From Octopus sinensis (lineage: Eukaryota), in assembly GCF_006345805.1 (NCBI RefSeq), contig NC_043010.1:24614001-24678000 (forward strand): a stretch of 64,000 bases of DNA, given 5' to 3'. Positions 12,364-25,237 of this stretch are shown piece by piece. The first letter of the stretch is position 1, and every line of letters begins with the position of its first letter. Below the pieces are notes generated by a model. That model had not been told where the DNA came from. It made no database searches and worked only from the letters and a program-made list of their open reading frames with translations. A program made the position numbers and the translations under genes.

Positions 12364-14364
12364 GATGGATGGTTGACTAAAAACAATCTTCTATGGGCTC
12401 TAGGACAAATTGGAGTTAAATCAGGAACAAAAAACAGGTGCAATCCTTGTAGGAGTAGGCAACAGCAGACAAAATCTGAGAGAGTTTGGGCTGAGCCGAA
12501 TCACAATCCAAGATTGAAAGCAGACGGTGCAACGAGTCGGGAACCCTTCCTAATTGTCTGAAGCAGCTTTAGGATAAGGGATAGTATGTCCAACTTTAGA
12601 ATATTGATATGCATGTAAAATGTTCCACACGATTAAATATCATTTGACGTGCCATTTAGTACTTCAATAATTGCATCTGTGTGAATAATGTGTTTATGTG
12701 CGAGAAGGCACATGTTTTTGTCTATCGTTAATTTAGATTATTATTTTTTTCTTTTTTTTCTCACGTTTTTCCCTTTTAAAGTATTTCTTTTTAAAGTAAA
12801 TTATACGTTGGAGGGAGGGCTGAGGGTTTGTTTTTATTGTAAATTCTCTTTTCTCCCAACACAGAGAAAGAAAGGGATTTTTCGTTGGTGCCACCGGTAT
12901 AATTCAGACACGGGGAAAGACATCTCGGTGTCATCGTCAACTTGAATGTTTCTAATTGTAGCGATAGTAGTAACAGCAGTAAATTCTGATAGCAGCAGTA
13001 GCAATAGCTCATAAAGTGAGATGAAGAACGATCGGTCAAAGAGAGTTCAAATTGTCCGCAATAGTGTTGATGGAATTTGCGAACAGTGACCTTGACTTTG
13101 AGAAAAATCAAAGGAGGGGCCGACTATAAACAGTACTTGTGAATAGAGTCATGTACGAGCAGAGCGAAACTATAAATAGTATTTTTTCTTTTCTTTTTTT
13201 TTTTTCTTCTTATTCTCCACGTGTTTAATAATGTGATTGCAATAAAAGGTATGTCTGCATATTTCGGGTAGTCAAGAAGAAAATAAAGGTTAGCTGGTGT
13301 TTATGTCCATACTTTTAACTGTCATGATTGTATCAAATGTCCGCAGATAAATACCTTTAGATTAAGAGAAGTATTCACAATGAGCCCCACTTGCTTCTTA
13401 TTGCTACGAGATTTACAAAACTTTTAGTTTATGAAGCTAAAGTTGTTTTTACAGTAACGCAAAAAACTATATTGGTCTAACCGTAATATGTTTTAAAATA
13501 GGTATATACAACTCACTCACCCGTTCAGAAACCTGGAGAACCGTCATACAACTTCATGATCAAAATATGTTTTGCTACTGAAGAATAAAAGTATTGATGG
13601 TTTCAGTATAGACTTGTACAGTATTGCACATATATTTTAAATAGTTTTTAAAGTGTATATATACGTTAATCCAAGCATTTATAAGTTTGACCAGTTGATT
13701 TCAACGGCCATCATCATCATAAATTCCTCGTAGTGAACTTTATGTTACCTATTTGATAAAAGTGATATCATAAGAAAATATTGGAAAATACTTTGTAAAT
13801 GACAATAAAGACACAGCACTTTACTGATTGGCCGGATATAAACATTAAAATCAACTGGATTTTTAAAACCAGCAGGAAGTTCAGACACATGCTATATCGT
13901 AAAAACTCGTTACTATTGAAATACTATCGTGTTGGCATGCCATTCAATGAATGACTTCCTGCAACAAACTTCAAGCAAAGAAAAAGCAAAGTTTATCTGT
14001 AATATAAAAAAAAATATTTATATCGTATTTCCAGTTTAGCGTTCACATTTTTTGTTGCATCTTTCCCTGATGCATACCCTGCGACAAAATACATCCGTTA
14101 AGTAAATATGTGTGTGTGCGTGTACATACATATACACATATATATGTGTATATATGTATATATATATTCATATATATACATATATACATATAGATACATA
14201 TATACATATACATTTATATACATATATATATGCATGTGTATAAATATATATGTACACATACATACACACGCAAGCACACACACACATAGCGTTATATAAG
14301 TACAATGTCGAAGGCACCCATACACAGACAGACACACGTCGATTAGATGGATGTTTGGATGAAA

Positions 14365-14854
14365 GGCGGAATTTGAACTCAGAACATAAAGACAGACGAA
14401 ATACCCCTAAGCATTTCGCCCAGCGTGCTAACGTTTCTTATTTCTTTATTGCCCACAAGGAGCTAAACATAGAGGGGACAAACAAGGACAGACAAAAGAA
14501 TTAAGTCGATTATATCAATCCCAGTGCGTAACTGGTACTTAATTAATCGACCCCAAAAGGATGAAAGGCAAAGTCGACTTCGACGGAATTTGAATTCAGA
14601 ACGTAAAGACAGACGAAACACCTATTTCGTTACTGCCCACAAGGGGCTAAACACAGAGAGGACAAACAAGGACAGACATAGGTATTAAGTCGATTATATC
14701 GACCCAAGTGCGTAACTGGTACTTATTTAATTGACCCCGAAAGGATGAAAGGCAAAGTCGACCTCAGCGGAATTTGAACTCACAACATAACGGCAGACGA
14801 AATACCGCTAAGCATTTCGCCCAGCGTGCTAACTTTTCTGCCAGCTCGCCGCTT
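14365..14854 (-). mobile_element. SINE family 1, trimeric (junction B then junction A)
   Basis: Three core copies separated by the ~75-bp tail module cccacaagg.gctaaaca.agag.ggacaaacaaggacagac. Confidence 0.88.
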
Positions 14855-15599
14855 TACAGATACCGTACAAGACAGAAAACACACGAATATGCACGTGGTC
14901 TCCTGACTTGCTAGAAACAGCAGGCAAACACTATCATACTGTTTATAATTAAGGTGACGTTAGTGATGTAGTGCGGTTTGTAGAGAACATTTTGATGGCA
15001 CGGAGCGGCCATTTCCTAAACGTTTGTTAGCAGTAGTTGAAAATGTGCTGCGTTTAAAGAAAGGTGCATCCGAAACGCACGCTGCACCACGGGACCAGGC
15101 CAGCAATTTTGAAGTGAGTGTTTAAGTTGATACTACCAATTTCAGTATTTGACTGGTATTATATTTATATCGACCCATGAGGGATAAAAAGCACATTTCA
15201 CCTCGGCAGGATTTGAACTCAGGACGTAAAGACTGAGAAAGGATGAACCAAAGCATTTTTTACCCTCTACCGTTTCCGCCAGTCCCGTCACCTTACACAT
15301 CAAAATGGGGCATGATAATATATAGCCTTGCTTGCTGAGAATAAGACAGGATGGTCATGTTTGGAATGTATTTGTTTATAGGTTTTTTCGATCAATGAAT
15401 GCCCAACTGAGGTAAAAAAAAAAGTCGATAAAAATATATATGGTCATCCGAATTGCTAGAAATCGCAGCGAAATCAGCCTCGAATCACAAGCTCGCCTCT
15501 CAAATAAGGAAAAAAACTCATTAGAAAATACTGTCGTACATATTCCTAAAAGGACGTGATGGCCACAGATGGAATCATAGGTGGAATGCCTTTAATAAG

Positions 15600-15761
15600 C
15601 GCAGGAGTAGCTGTGTGGTTAGAAGCTTGCTTCCAAACCACATGGCTTGTAGTTCAGACCCTCAACGTGGCACCTTGGGCAAGTGTCTTCTATTGTAGCA
15701 TTGGGCCGACCAAAGCCTTGTACGTGGATGTTGTAGACGGAAACTGAAAGAAGCCCGTCGT

Positions 15762-15763
<2 letters not shown>
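15600..15763 (+). mobile_element. SINE family 2 (CORE-like), 5' half
   Basis: gcaggagtagctgtgtggtt..ggcaccttgggcaagtg..gacggaaactgaaagaagcccgtcg, then a microsatellite. Confidence 0.85.
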
Positions 15764-15789
<26 letters not shown>

Positions 15790-15792
<3 letters not shown>

Positions 15793-15985
15793 CACTTGTG
15801 AATCGTTGGCGATTGTCTTCCTCCATCTTCCTTTCTATTGGACTTTCCCCTGTTTACGAAGAAGAGCGTCTGCTCGAAACGTTAAACCATCTTTCTTTCC
15901 TCTCCTGAGCGTCTGCTAATACATTACATGTACCACGTCCTCACGTTGTTGTTTTTTTGCGGTCTGTTCTTTTTGGAGTTACTAT
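15790..15985 (+). repeat. Short dispersed repeat with a degenerate hammerhead-like motif (same family as 51664-51870)
   Basis: gttt-acgaagaa-gagc-gtct-gctc-gaaacgtt-aaac at 15852-15887; flanks homologous to the inverted copy at 51.7 kb. Confidence 0.5.
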
Positions 15986-16003
15986 ATGTGTGTGTGTGTG
16001 TAT

Positions 16004-16048
<45 letters not shown>

Positions 16049-16258
16049 ATTGTATAGGGTATATTCATACATAAGGGCACATAAGCTATTATGCTTATAT
16101 GCCTTTGTGACCTTAAGTACAATTGTACCCTGTACGATTATATATCTCTATAAATGTATTTTACCCAAAGGGTCTTTGTATGCTGGCCACTAATAAATTC
16201 ATTAATTTTAATGATTTTATCCTCTAATTATGTTATATATATATATATGTATATATAT

Positions 16259-17010
16259 ACATAAAGGGTGAAATATAATTAATTTAATAAAATTAATAAA
16301 TTTCACCTAGTAGTTTTTTCGGTATGGAAATGACAATATTCGGTAAGAATTATATTAATTATAATAAAGGGTTAATTGCAACAAGTTGCTCAAAACCACA
16401 TACCGAAAATATTAGAAATAGCAGCCAAATAGGTCACTATTACTACTACTAGAAAAAATAAGTCACCACAAACAAACAGAATGTGTAACCCGTATATGGT
16501 AAAGAGGAAGAAGACAACGAAATCCCAGCCTATTGGATTAATTATGGACGAATTCGTTTCTGGATTAGAATCGAAAGTTCATTTCCTTGTCAACATAATA
16601 TTTCCTATAAATCTAGAAATGCTAGGAAAAAAATCACCCATTACATCAACTCGATCAGGCGACATCGAACGATCTAACGGTCTGCCAGCATCCCCACATT
16701 TATATAGACAGGCGAATTCGTATCTCCCTCCAAAATCACCACGTAAGTTACAAAAACAGTACCACCGAAACGAAGTTTCGTAGATTCATTGTATGGGAGT
16801 AATAGTATTCAATACACATAAAGGGTGAAATATAATTAATTTAATAAAATTAATAAATTTCACCTAGTAGTTTTTTCGGTATGGAAATGACCATTAATCC
16901 AATAGGCTGGGATTTCTTCTTCCTCTTTACCATATACGGGTTACAAATTCTGTTTGTTTGTGGAGACTTGTTTTTTCTAGTAGTAGTAATAGTGATCTAT
17001 TTGGCTGCTA
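16259..17010 (-). mobile_element. Penelope-like element with a partial tandem plus inverted terminal repeat
   Basis: 76-bp exact direct repeat 16259-16334 / 16816-16891; inverted repeat 16419-16542 / 16893-17010; hammerhead motif inside; TA-rich flanks. Confidence 0.7.
16541..16599 (-). ncRNA. Hammerhead ribozyme motif, U3-A8 covariant core
   Basis: auuaug-UUGACAA-gga..ucc(a)-GAAAC-gaauuc-GUC-cauaau; stem III palindrome acgaauucgu; one extra nt before GAAA. Confidence 0.58.
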
Positions 17011-17027
17011 TGTATATATATATATAT

Positions 17028-17232
17028 TTGTGTGTCTGTGCTTGTCTTCCCACCATCTCTTCACAACCGACGTCCCCATAACTTAGCGTTTCAGCAAAAG
17101 ATACAGATAGAATAATTACTAGGCTTAGAAAAAATAAGTCCTGTGGTTTGGGGGGGGGGGCGATTTGTTCGACTAAAAGTGGTGCTCCAACATGGCCGCA
17201 GTCGAATGACCGAAACAAGTAAAAGAATGAAA
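17028..17232 (+). mobile_element. SINE family 2, 3' half (partner of 15600-15763)
   Basis: cgtccccataacttagcg..aagtcctg..gtgctccaacatggccgcagtc..tgaccgaaacaagtaaaag, as in the intact copy at 22948-23410. Confidence 0.8.
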
Positions 17233-17308
17233 CAGTAAAACACTCCTATCCTTGCGTCGTTTCGATTGATCTGAGACCCTAAGCAACCACCACTGCTACG
17301 ACGACGAC

Positions 17309-17350
<42 letters not shown>

Positions 17351-17448
17351 GCGCGCACACATACATACATACATACATATGTGTATGTGTGTGTGTTTGT
17401 AGCTATATATATATATATATACATATACATATACATACATATATATAT

Positions 17449-17983
17449 ATAGAATGGTTGTATACTGTCAATCTAACAAGAACGTGACAGTAGGGGGTAC
17501 ACCACCGTTGTATAGCCCTAGGAGGCATCGAACGCCTCCTGACACCTTCGACACATTTTTTCCCTGTTTCCTTATATACATATACGAAGGGGAGACAAAC
17601 ACCCCCAACCGCCGGAACTGCATCTAGGGACACCGTGTTTCAGGATCATTGTCCTTCATCGGCCTAGAGTAGCAGACACCGGTCGGCTGGTGATATCTGT
17701 CTGGACTTCGTATCTGTATATATATAAACTCAGTGAAGTCTATTCACTGATTATCAAACACCCCCGGCGGTTGGGGGTGTTTGTCTCCCCTTCGTATATG
17801 TATATAAGGACACAGGGAAAAAATGCGTCGAAGCTGTCAGGAGGCGTTCGATGCCTCCTATGGCTATACAACGGTGGTGTACCCCCTACTGTCACGTTCT
17901 TGTTAGATTGACAGTATACAACCATTCTATCGCCTCACCACCGTACATCTCTCTACGAGAGATTTAGAAATTCAATATTTCTT
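17449..17983. mobile_element. Foldback element family P1: 167-bp inverted arms, 148-bp spacer, 53-bp tail
   Basis: Arms 17449-17615 and 17764-17930; tail has the hairpin atctctc-tac-gagagat; (TA)n on both sides. Confidence 0.85.
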
Positions 17984-17984
17984 A

Positions 17985-18081
17985 TATATATATATATATA
18001 TTATATATAGCTACATAATATATATATATATATATAGATATATATATATATATTATATATAGCTACATATATATATATAGC

Positions 18082-18146
<65 letters not shown>

Positions 18147-18815
18147 TATATATAGCTACATACTTTGATACTTTGATACTTTGATAGGTTTCGGCCATTA
18201 TTGGCCCAGGCCATGTCTAACTTAATAGCACCACCTGGTGAAGTCTTTCAAGTCAGAATTTGGGCACTATGGCCCACTCAAGTAGAGAGTTATTGTTTAC
18301 AGAGACATATCCGGGTGTAGGGGGTTTATCCGGGATTTCTTGAAGGAATCTGTCCAAAGACTTCTTGAACCCTATAGGGTCAGTTTCTGTTTTAATGTGT
18401 TTTGGTGTAATGTTAAAGAGAGCGGGGCCAATTGAGGTAAAATAATTGTGCCGTATTGTTGTTATGAGATGAGAGTGCGATTTTTGTTTTGGGCGGATGG
18501 CACGGGGCCCAAGCCTTGGATGTACCTTAAAGGTGATGCCAACATCATTTGGGCAATGCTGATGGAATATTTTCCACATCATGCAGATGATGTAGCGCTC
18601 ACGACGACGTTGGAGAGAATAGAGTTTTAGCTTTTCTAGTCGACCCCAATAGTCGAGGCCTGTCATGCCATCTATCTTTTTTGTGATTGCCCTTTGAGGT
18701 GCTTCAACTTTTATGATACCTTGTATTGTGTGGGGAGACCACAGTGGACAACAGTATTCAAGGTGGGGTCGGGCAAATATATATATATTTGAAGGACAAC
18801 ATATATATATATAGC

Positions 18816-18874
<59 letters not shown>

Positions 18875-18887
18875 CTACATATATAGC

Positions 18888-18926
<39 letters not shown>

Positions 18927-19011
18927 CTATATATATATATATAGCTACATATATAGCTACATATATATATTATATATATATATATAGCTATATATATATA
19001 TATATATATAG

Positions 19012-19050
<39 letters not shown>

Positions 19051-19131
19051 TATATATATATATAGCTACATATATATAGCTACATATATATATATATATA
19101 TATATATAGCTACATATATATATATATATAG

Positions 19132-19165
<34 letters not shown>

Positions 19166-19166
19166 C

Positions 19167-19205
<39 letters not shown>

Positions 19206-19232
19206 CTATATATATATATATATATATATAGC

Positions 19233-19288
<56 letters not shown>

Positions 19289-19296
19289 ATATATAG

Positions 19297-19393
<97 letters not shown>

Positions 19394-19498
19394 TATATTA
19401 TATATATATATATATATAGCTACATATATGTGTGTGCGTGGCTACATGAATATCTCTTAGATTCTAGAACCAGCATTTTTGCTAGTAGCAAAATCAGC

Positions 19499-19580
<82 letters not shown>
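17985..19580. repeat. Compound (TA)n array punctuated by GCTA/GCTACA, split by a LINE fragment
   Basis: Repeated tatagctacatata units at 18000-18160 and 18800-19425. Confidence 0.9.
18161..18720 (-). mobile_element. 3' end of a CR1-like LINE with a (TATCAAAG)n tail
   Basis: ORF 18253-18666: [46 protein letters not shown]; tactttga x3 at 18161-18186. Confidence 0.88.
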
Positions 19581-19585
<5 letters not shown>

Positions 19586-20070
19586 TATATATGCTGTCAC
19601 GTTGACAGGACTTAAATATACACCCGCGGAATACAGGCAACAATTAAAACCTTAACCATAAAATTATCGAAATTAATTACTGCAATTATTCATTATGCAT
19701 GCGTTTTGCAGTGATTGTCAACGAGACGCCGACTGGTATTTGTTTTGAGGAAGCAGAACTAAATGTCGCTCGGTGAAGTTTTTCACTTAACATCTGAGAC
19801 GAATTAGTGCGGTCTGTGTGTGTGTGTGTGGTCATATGTTCTGATTTAATGGGATTGATACAGAGAAGGAGGAGGACGAGGAAAAGTGTGTATGTATGTG
19901 TATGTGTGCGTTTGTGTATAAGCAGGTTGGTAGAGGCGACGTGATTACAGGTATGTAATGTGTGTAAGAGAAAGAGATTAATTGGGAGGGAGAAAGAAGG
20001 TCAGAGAGATAATAAGAAAGTGTATGTATGTATGTATATATGTATATATATATATGTATATATGTATATA

Positions 20071-20139
<69 letters not shown>

Positions 20140-20247
20140 GAATTTGACACTTTGTTTAAATAGAAAAGAAAACACACTATCCCATCAAAAATAAAGTGTT
20201 TTAAAATATCAGAAAATATCAACTACATTATTGATCGAAAATTATGA

Positions 20248-20672
20248 GGGCGGCGAACTGTCAGAAACCTTAGCACGCCAGGCGAAATGCGTAGCCGTAT
20301 TTCGTCTGCCGTTATGTTCTGAGTTCAAATTCCACCGATGTTGACTTCGCCTTTCATCCTTTTGGGGTCGATTAAATAAGTACCAGTTACGCACTGGGTC
20401 GATATAATCGACTTAATCCGTTTGTCTGTCCTTGTTTGTCCCCTCTATATTTAGCCCCTTGTGGGTAGTAAAGAAATAAGAAACGTTAACGCACCGCGCA
20501 AAATGCTTTACGATGTTTGGTCCGCCCTTACGTTCTGAGTTCGAATTCCACCAAGACAGCTTTGCCTTTCATCTTTTCGGGATCGATAAATTAAGTACCC
20601 GTTAAGTACTGGGGTCGATGTAATCGACTAGTCCCTTCGCTACAAATTTCAGGGCTTGTGCCCTATAGTACG
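20248..20672 (+). mobile_element. SINE family 1, dimeric (junction A, ends in tail type 2)
   Basis: Head gggcggcgaactgtcagaa; junction aaagaaataagaaacgttaac; imperfect flanking repeat attattgat.g.aaatt. Confidence 0.85.
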
Positions 20673-21020
20673 AATGATTATTGATGGTAAATTACGGCTT
20701 ACTCAAAGTAGCCGCCCTCAGCTTACACCACGGCCTCAAGATGAACCCGGTGTATGGTACATGTGAATCTCATTGTGTCTAAGAAGATCTTCAAACACTT
20801 TCCTAATCTTGGCTTCCACTTCGGCCTTTATGTTTAGGCAGAGCGGTTGTTGAGTCTTTCTCAACCATGATCCATGAGATTAAAATCAGGGGCATTAGGA
20901 AGCCAGAAAATGGGGCTGGTGAAATTGTATAAATTTTCCAGTGACCACTTCTGATTCTTATCGGACGTATGACAAGGAGCCGAATCCTACTGCCACACAT
21001 ACGGCCTTCCAGCAGCGGAA

Positions 21021-21511
21021 GGTGGAATTTGAACTCAGAACGTAACGTCAGACGAAATATCGGTAAGAATTTCACCCGACGTGCTAACGTTTCTTATTTC
21101 TTTATAGCCCACAAGAGGCTAAACATAGAGGGGACAAACAAAGACAGACAAACAGATTAAGTCGATTACATCGACCCCAGTGCGTTACTGGTACTTAATT
21201 TATCGACCCCGAAAGGATGAAAGACAAAGTCGACATCGGCGGTATTTGAACTCAGAACGTAAAGGCAGACGAAATACCTATTTCTTTACTACCCACAAGG
21301 GGCTAAACACAGGTGGAACAAACAAGGACAGACAAACGAATTAAGTCGATTATATCGACCCCAGTGCGTTACTGGTACTTATTTAATCTACCCCGAAAGG
21401 ATGAAAGCCAAAGTCGACCTCGGCGGAATTTGAACTCAGAGCATAACGACAGATGAAATACCGCTAAGAACTTCGCTCGACGCGCTAACTTATCTGCCAG
21501 CTCACCACCTT
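21021..21511 (-). mobile_element. SINE family 1, trimeric (junction B then junction A)
   Basis: Same module order and nearly the same 3' truncation point as 14365-14854. Confidence 0.88.
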
Positions 21512-22947
21512 ATGAATATAAAGAATATTGTGGGTAAACAAATCGTCACAAATTACAAAAAGTTTCTAAAACACAGAGAAAAGCAAAAAAGAAAATCATG
21601 TAATAATTAACTGTAAATTGTTGACAACATACTTCTTTAATATGGATGTCTAAATATACCTATATGTATGTGTATAAGTACATCTTTATACAGCTGTGTG
21701 TATGAATATATGTGCATGTATCTATGTATATAGGTTAATAAGTAGAGCGAGAGAGGGGGGAGAGAGGTTATATTCTCAAAGGTTGTTTATTATACCCTTT
21801 GAATGTCAAGCCCAACCCTGACCAAAATCAGTGTTTACTTATCAAGCTTATCAAGCCATGGACACATAATGGTTCACTTGTCGTCAATGCATTTACCTTA
21901 ATAGTCATTACTCGAGGTGTTGTGTTACAAGAAAGTAATGATTAGTTGATTGTACCTGCTGTCAGTTTTTCACACTTTAATTGTAAATCACGAAATGTTC
22001 TGAAGGAATTCCACATTTCTTTTCTTAAATTGGGTTAGTAGAAGACGATAGACCTCTAAGATGACCTATAAGTGTATGCAACATTAATCTTTATTAATCA
22101 CTGAAAGTATTGAATATGATTTTAATCACTTCACTACTGCAGAATGTTGTTTTATATATGACATAAAGCTGGTGTTCAACTGTGGTTTTATAGCGTTAAG
22201 CAAATGAGAATTAAATGTTACTCTGAATAAGATAGACAACTGTCCTTCTCCGGTTACATTCCCTAATTGTCTGGTAAGTGTCATTAGACGCTTATCTGAT
22301 CTCACATACGGAGATTTAATGAACAAGATATGACTTTGCTGTAGGCTTGAACTCAAAGCTTTTGAGCTGATCGTCCAATATCATACCGACTCGCCTATCT
22401 CGCTTCTGAAAAATCAGCTTGAACCTCTCATTACATTTATTTCCTATCTTTTACTGTTACAGAAATAATTAACTAATACCAAAACGAACCAATGAGGCAG
22501 TCTCTATACGGTTCCTTGTCCTGCTAGGAATGGCAACCAAACCTTCAAAGCGATCCCCCACCAAACAAAACAAAAAAAAAATACACCCTACTGTCTTAAA
22601 AGAACATATTGGCAGGTATAGCTGAATAATTACAACTCCTGAAAATCTACTATATGGTCACGACTGGAATGTGTTTGATTACGGATCTATTCAGTCAGAT
22701 TTGATCTGGGATTAAACAACAACATCGATGATGAAAAGGCCAATGTTAAACTTTCCTATAACGATTTGTAATAATGCTGATCGAACAAGAAAAGTAAGGC
22801 TCTACGTGATTGTTCGGTCTGCTAAAAATAGCAGCTATATTCCCCTCAAATTACACTGTCGTCTTAAATAAACAAAGACACATTGAATAATACATTCCAG
22901 TATTTCTCGACCGTTTATACCCAACGTATATCTAAAATATTTTGATA

Positions 22948-23081
22948 CTGTGTGGTAAGTAGCTTACTTACCAACCACATGGTTCTGGGTTCACTCCCAC
23001 TGCGTGGCACCTTGGGCAAGTGTCTTCTACTTCTCGGGTCGACCAAAGCCTTATGAGTGGATTTGGTAGACGGAGCCCGTC

Positions 23082-23175
<94 letters not shown>

Positions 23176-23410
23176 ATATGTGTGTGTGTGTGTGTGTGTG
23201 TATACGTTTGTGTGTCTGTGTTTGTGCCCATCCAACATCATTTGACAACCGATGCTGGTGTGTTTACGTCCCTGTAACTTAGCGGTTCGGCAAGAGGTTC
23301 CGATAGAATAAGTACTAGGCTTACAAAGAATAAGTCCTGGGGTCGATTTGCTCAACTAAAGGCGGTGCTCCAGCATGGCCGCAGTCAAATGACTGAAACA
23401 AACAGAAAAA
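22948..23410 (+). mobile_element. SINE family 2, near full length, with an internal (TA)n/(TG)n microsatellite
   Basis: tRNA-like head with B-box gggttcactccc; CORE-like ccttgggcaagtg; 3' stem-loop cagtc-aaat-gactg. Confidence 0.9.
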
Positions 23411-23498
23411 TACTAATTACAGTCCCTGAGTTTGTATAATTAATTAAAGATGGTGCTTGTGATTAAACTTAATATAAATATGTAATTACTCGCCACCA

Positions 23499-23703
23499 GG
23501 TGGCGAAATGGTAGAATTGTTAGCAGGCCGAGCAAAATCCTTAGCAGCATTTTGTCCGTCTTAACACTCTAAGTTCAAATGCCGCTGAGATTGATTTTGT
23601 CTTTCATCCATTCGGGGTCGATAAAATAAATACTATTTGATCACTGGGATCGATAAAATCTATGGATCCTCTCCCCTGGCTCTGTGCCAAAATTTTAAAT
23701 CAT
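23499..23703 (+). mobile_element. SINE family 1 monomer, diverged, tail type 2
   Basis: ggtggcgaaatggtagaa..aagttcaaatgccgc..ctgtgccaaaatttt. Confidence 0.75.
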
Positions 23704-23860
23704 TATTGTTTACTGCCATCTTGATGGTTCTTAACGCATCCTTTACGAGCTAATGCAGAGCGCAATTTGAACCAATTGGTGTAGGTCAGTGTTGGAACTA
23801 TCATTGATCTAATTGTTCACGGCTGTCCTGGAATCAAACAACAACTACTACTACTATGCA

Positions 23861-24381
23861 TCAATGCAACGATTGAGCTACTGGGACAGGTTGAAAGATC
23901 TGCGACTCTATTCCCTGGAACGAAGGCGGGAGAGGTATGCAGATATATATATATATATATATATATTGAGATACTGGAAGGACTGGTACCAAACTTTGGA
24001 ATAAAGAGCTATACCAGACCACGAACAAGACGTCACTGTGCTGTCCCCACTGTGCCGATTGCATCATCTCGGGCAAGGACGATGTACTGCAATAGCTTGG
24101 GTTTCAAGGGCCCATAGCTGTTTAACTATCTGCCGAAGGATCTGAGGAGCCTCCATGGAGTGGATGTAGACGTTTTCAAACGTGAACTTGACCTCTAGCT
24201 CGCCGAGATCCCGGATGAACCAATATCTAAGCAGGAAACTCAAAAGAGGGCAGTAGCATCAAACTCCATCCTTCACCAAAAGCCTCTCCGACAAAGGTGG
24301 AAAGTGGAAAGTATATTACAATGACGGTGCTCTAGCATGGCCACAGTCTTTGGACTGAAACATATAAAAGAATAAAAGAAT
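23861..24381 (+). mobile_element. 3' end of a CR1-like LINE (same family as 40423-43440)
   Basis: SYWDRLKDLRLYSLERRRERY..VDVFKRELD..IPDEP..ASNSI; ends gtgctctagcatggccacagtc-tttg-gactgaaac plus (ATAAAAGA)n. Confidence 0.85.
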
Positions 24382-24427
24382 ACTACTATTACAGCGACGA
24401 TACGACACCGACTAAAACTACAACAAT

Positions 24428-24665
24428 GTCTTATTTCTTTATTGCCCACAAGGGGCTAAACATTAGAGGGGACAAACAAGGACAGACAAAGGGATTAAGT
24501 CGATAATATCGACTCCAGTGCGTAACTGGTACTTAATTTGTCGACTCCGAAAGGATGAAAGGCAAAGTCGACCTCCGTGGATATTGAACTCAGAGCGTAA
24601 CGGCAGACGAAATACTGCTAAACATTTCGCCTGGCGTGCTAACGATTCTGCCAGCTCGCCGCCTT
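24428..24665 (-). mobile_element. SINE family 1 monomer with tail type 1
   Basis: Complete head-core-tail order. Confidence 0.88.
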
Positions 24666-24857
24666 AAACTACAACATTGTCGACAGAAAAGTTAGTTGGA
24701 TCCACATCTCGAAGCCAGTAAACTTAAATTATTTGTCAGCAATCAACCATCTTAAACATTTAGATGTATCATAAAAGTATTTGATTATTTCTCTATTATT
24801 TACATTATTTACCTTATTTATATTTGATGGATATTTGTCTTCATCATGTTCGTTGTT

Positions 24858-24903
24858 AACACAACGTTTCGGCTGATATACCTTCCAGCCTTCATCAGGT
24901 GTC
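24858..24903 (-). ncRNA. Minimal type I hammerhead motif
   Basis: gacac-CUGAUGA-a-ggcug-gaagguauau-cagcc-GAAACGUU-guguu. Confidence 0.68.
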
Positions 24904-24950
24904 TTGGGGAAATTTCGAACCTGGGTTCTCATTCCTAAGGTATTTTTTGA

Positions 24951-25048
<98 letters not shown>

Positions 25049-25237
25049 TCCAAACACTTTCCATACAATAAACATCAGAGCATCACAACAAATCACAGCA
25101 CATACCCAAGGCACACAGAGCTGCGCTCGGTAGTGAAGTGAAAGCACGCTATAAAAATAAAACTACTGAATAATAATAATAATAATAATATCGAAAAATA
25201 CCTTAGGAATGAGAACCCAGGTTCGAAATTTCGCCAA

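Larger units (their letters stand above)
8317..12560 (-). mobile_element. Near full-length CR1-group (CR1/L2-like) LINE with a (CTAA)n 3' tail
   Basis: ORF1 and APE-RT ORF2 are collinear. 3' UTR hairpin catgt-cccct-acatg. (TTAG)n at 8317-8350. Noticeably more GC-rich than the flanks. Confidence 0.92.

Noticed and set aside
8083-12620. Idea that the CR1 LINE inserted into the family 3 SINE, splitting it
   Set aside because: The missing SINE 5' half and a TSD were not found beyond the LINE 5' end.
18185-18215. ggcc-aataat-ggcc-GAAAC on the minus strand, resembling a hammerhead stem II plus GAAA
   Set aside because: No N-U-G-A-N-N-A core or stem I; it is the 3' UTR stem-loop of the CR1-like fragment.
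14365-21511. Regularly repeated ~200-bp modules that might suggest a CRISPR-like array
   Set aside because: The units are whole SINE core and tail modules with no unique spacers; eukaryotic context and no cas genes.
20248-23410. tRNA-like A/B boxes
   Set aside because: These are SINE heads; no cloverleaf with acceptor stem and anticodon arm could be formed.
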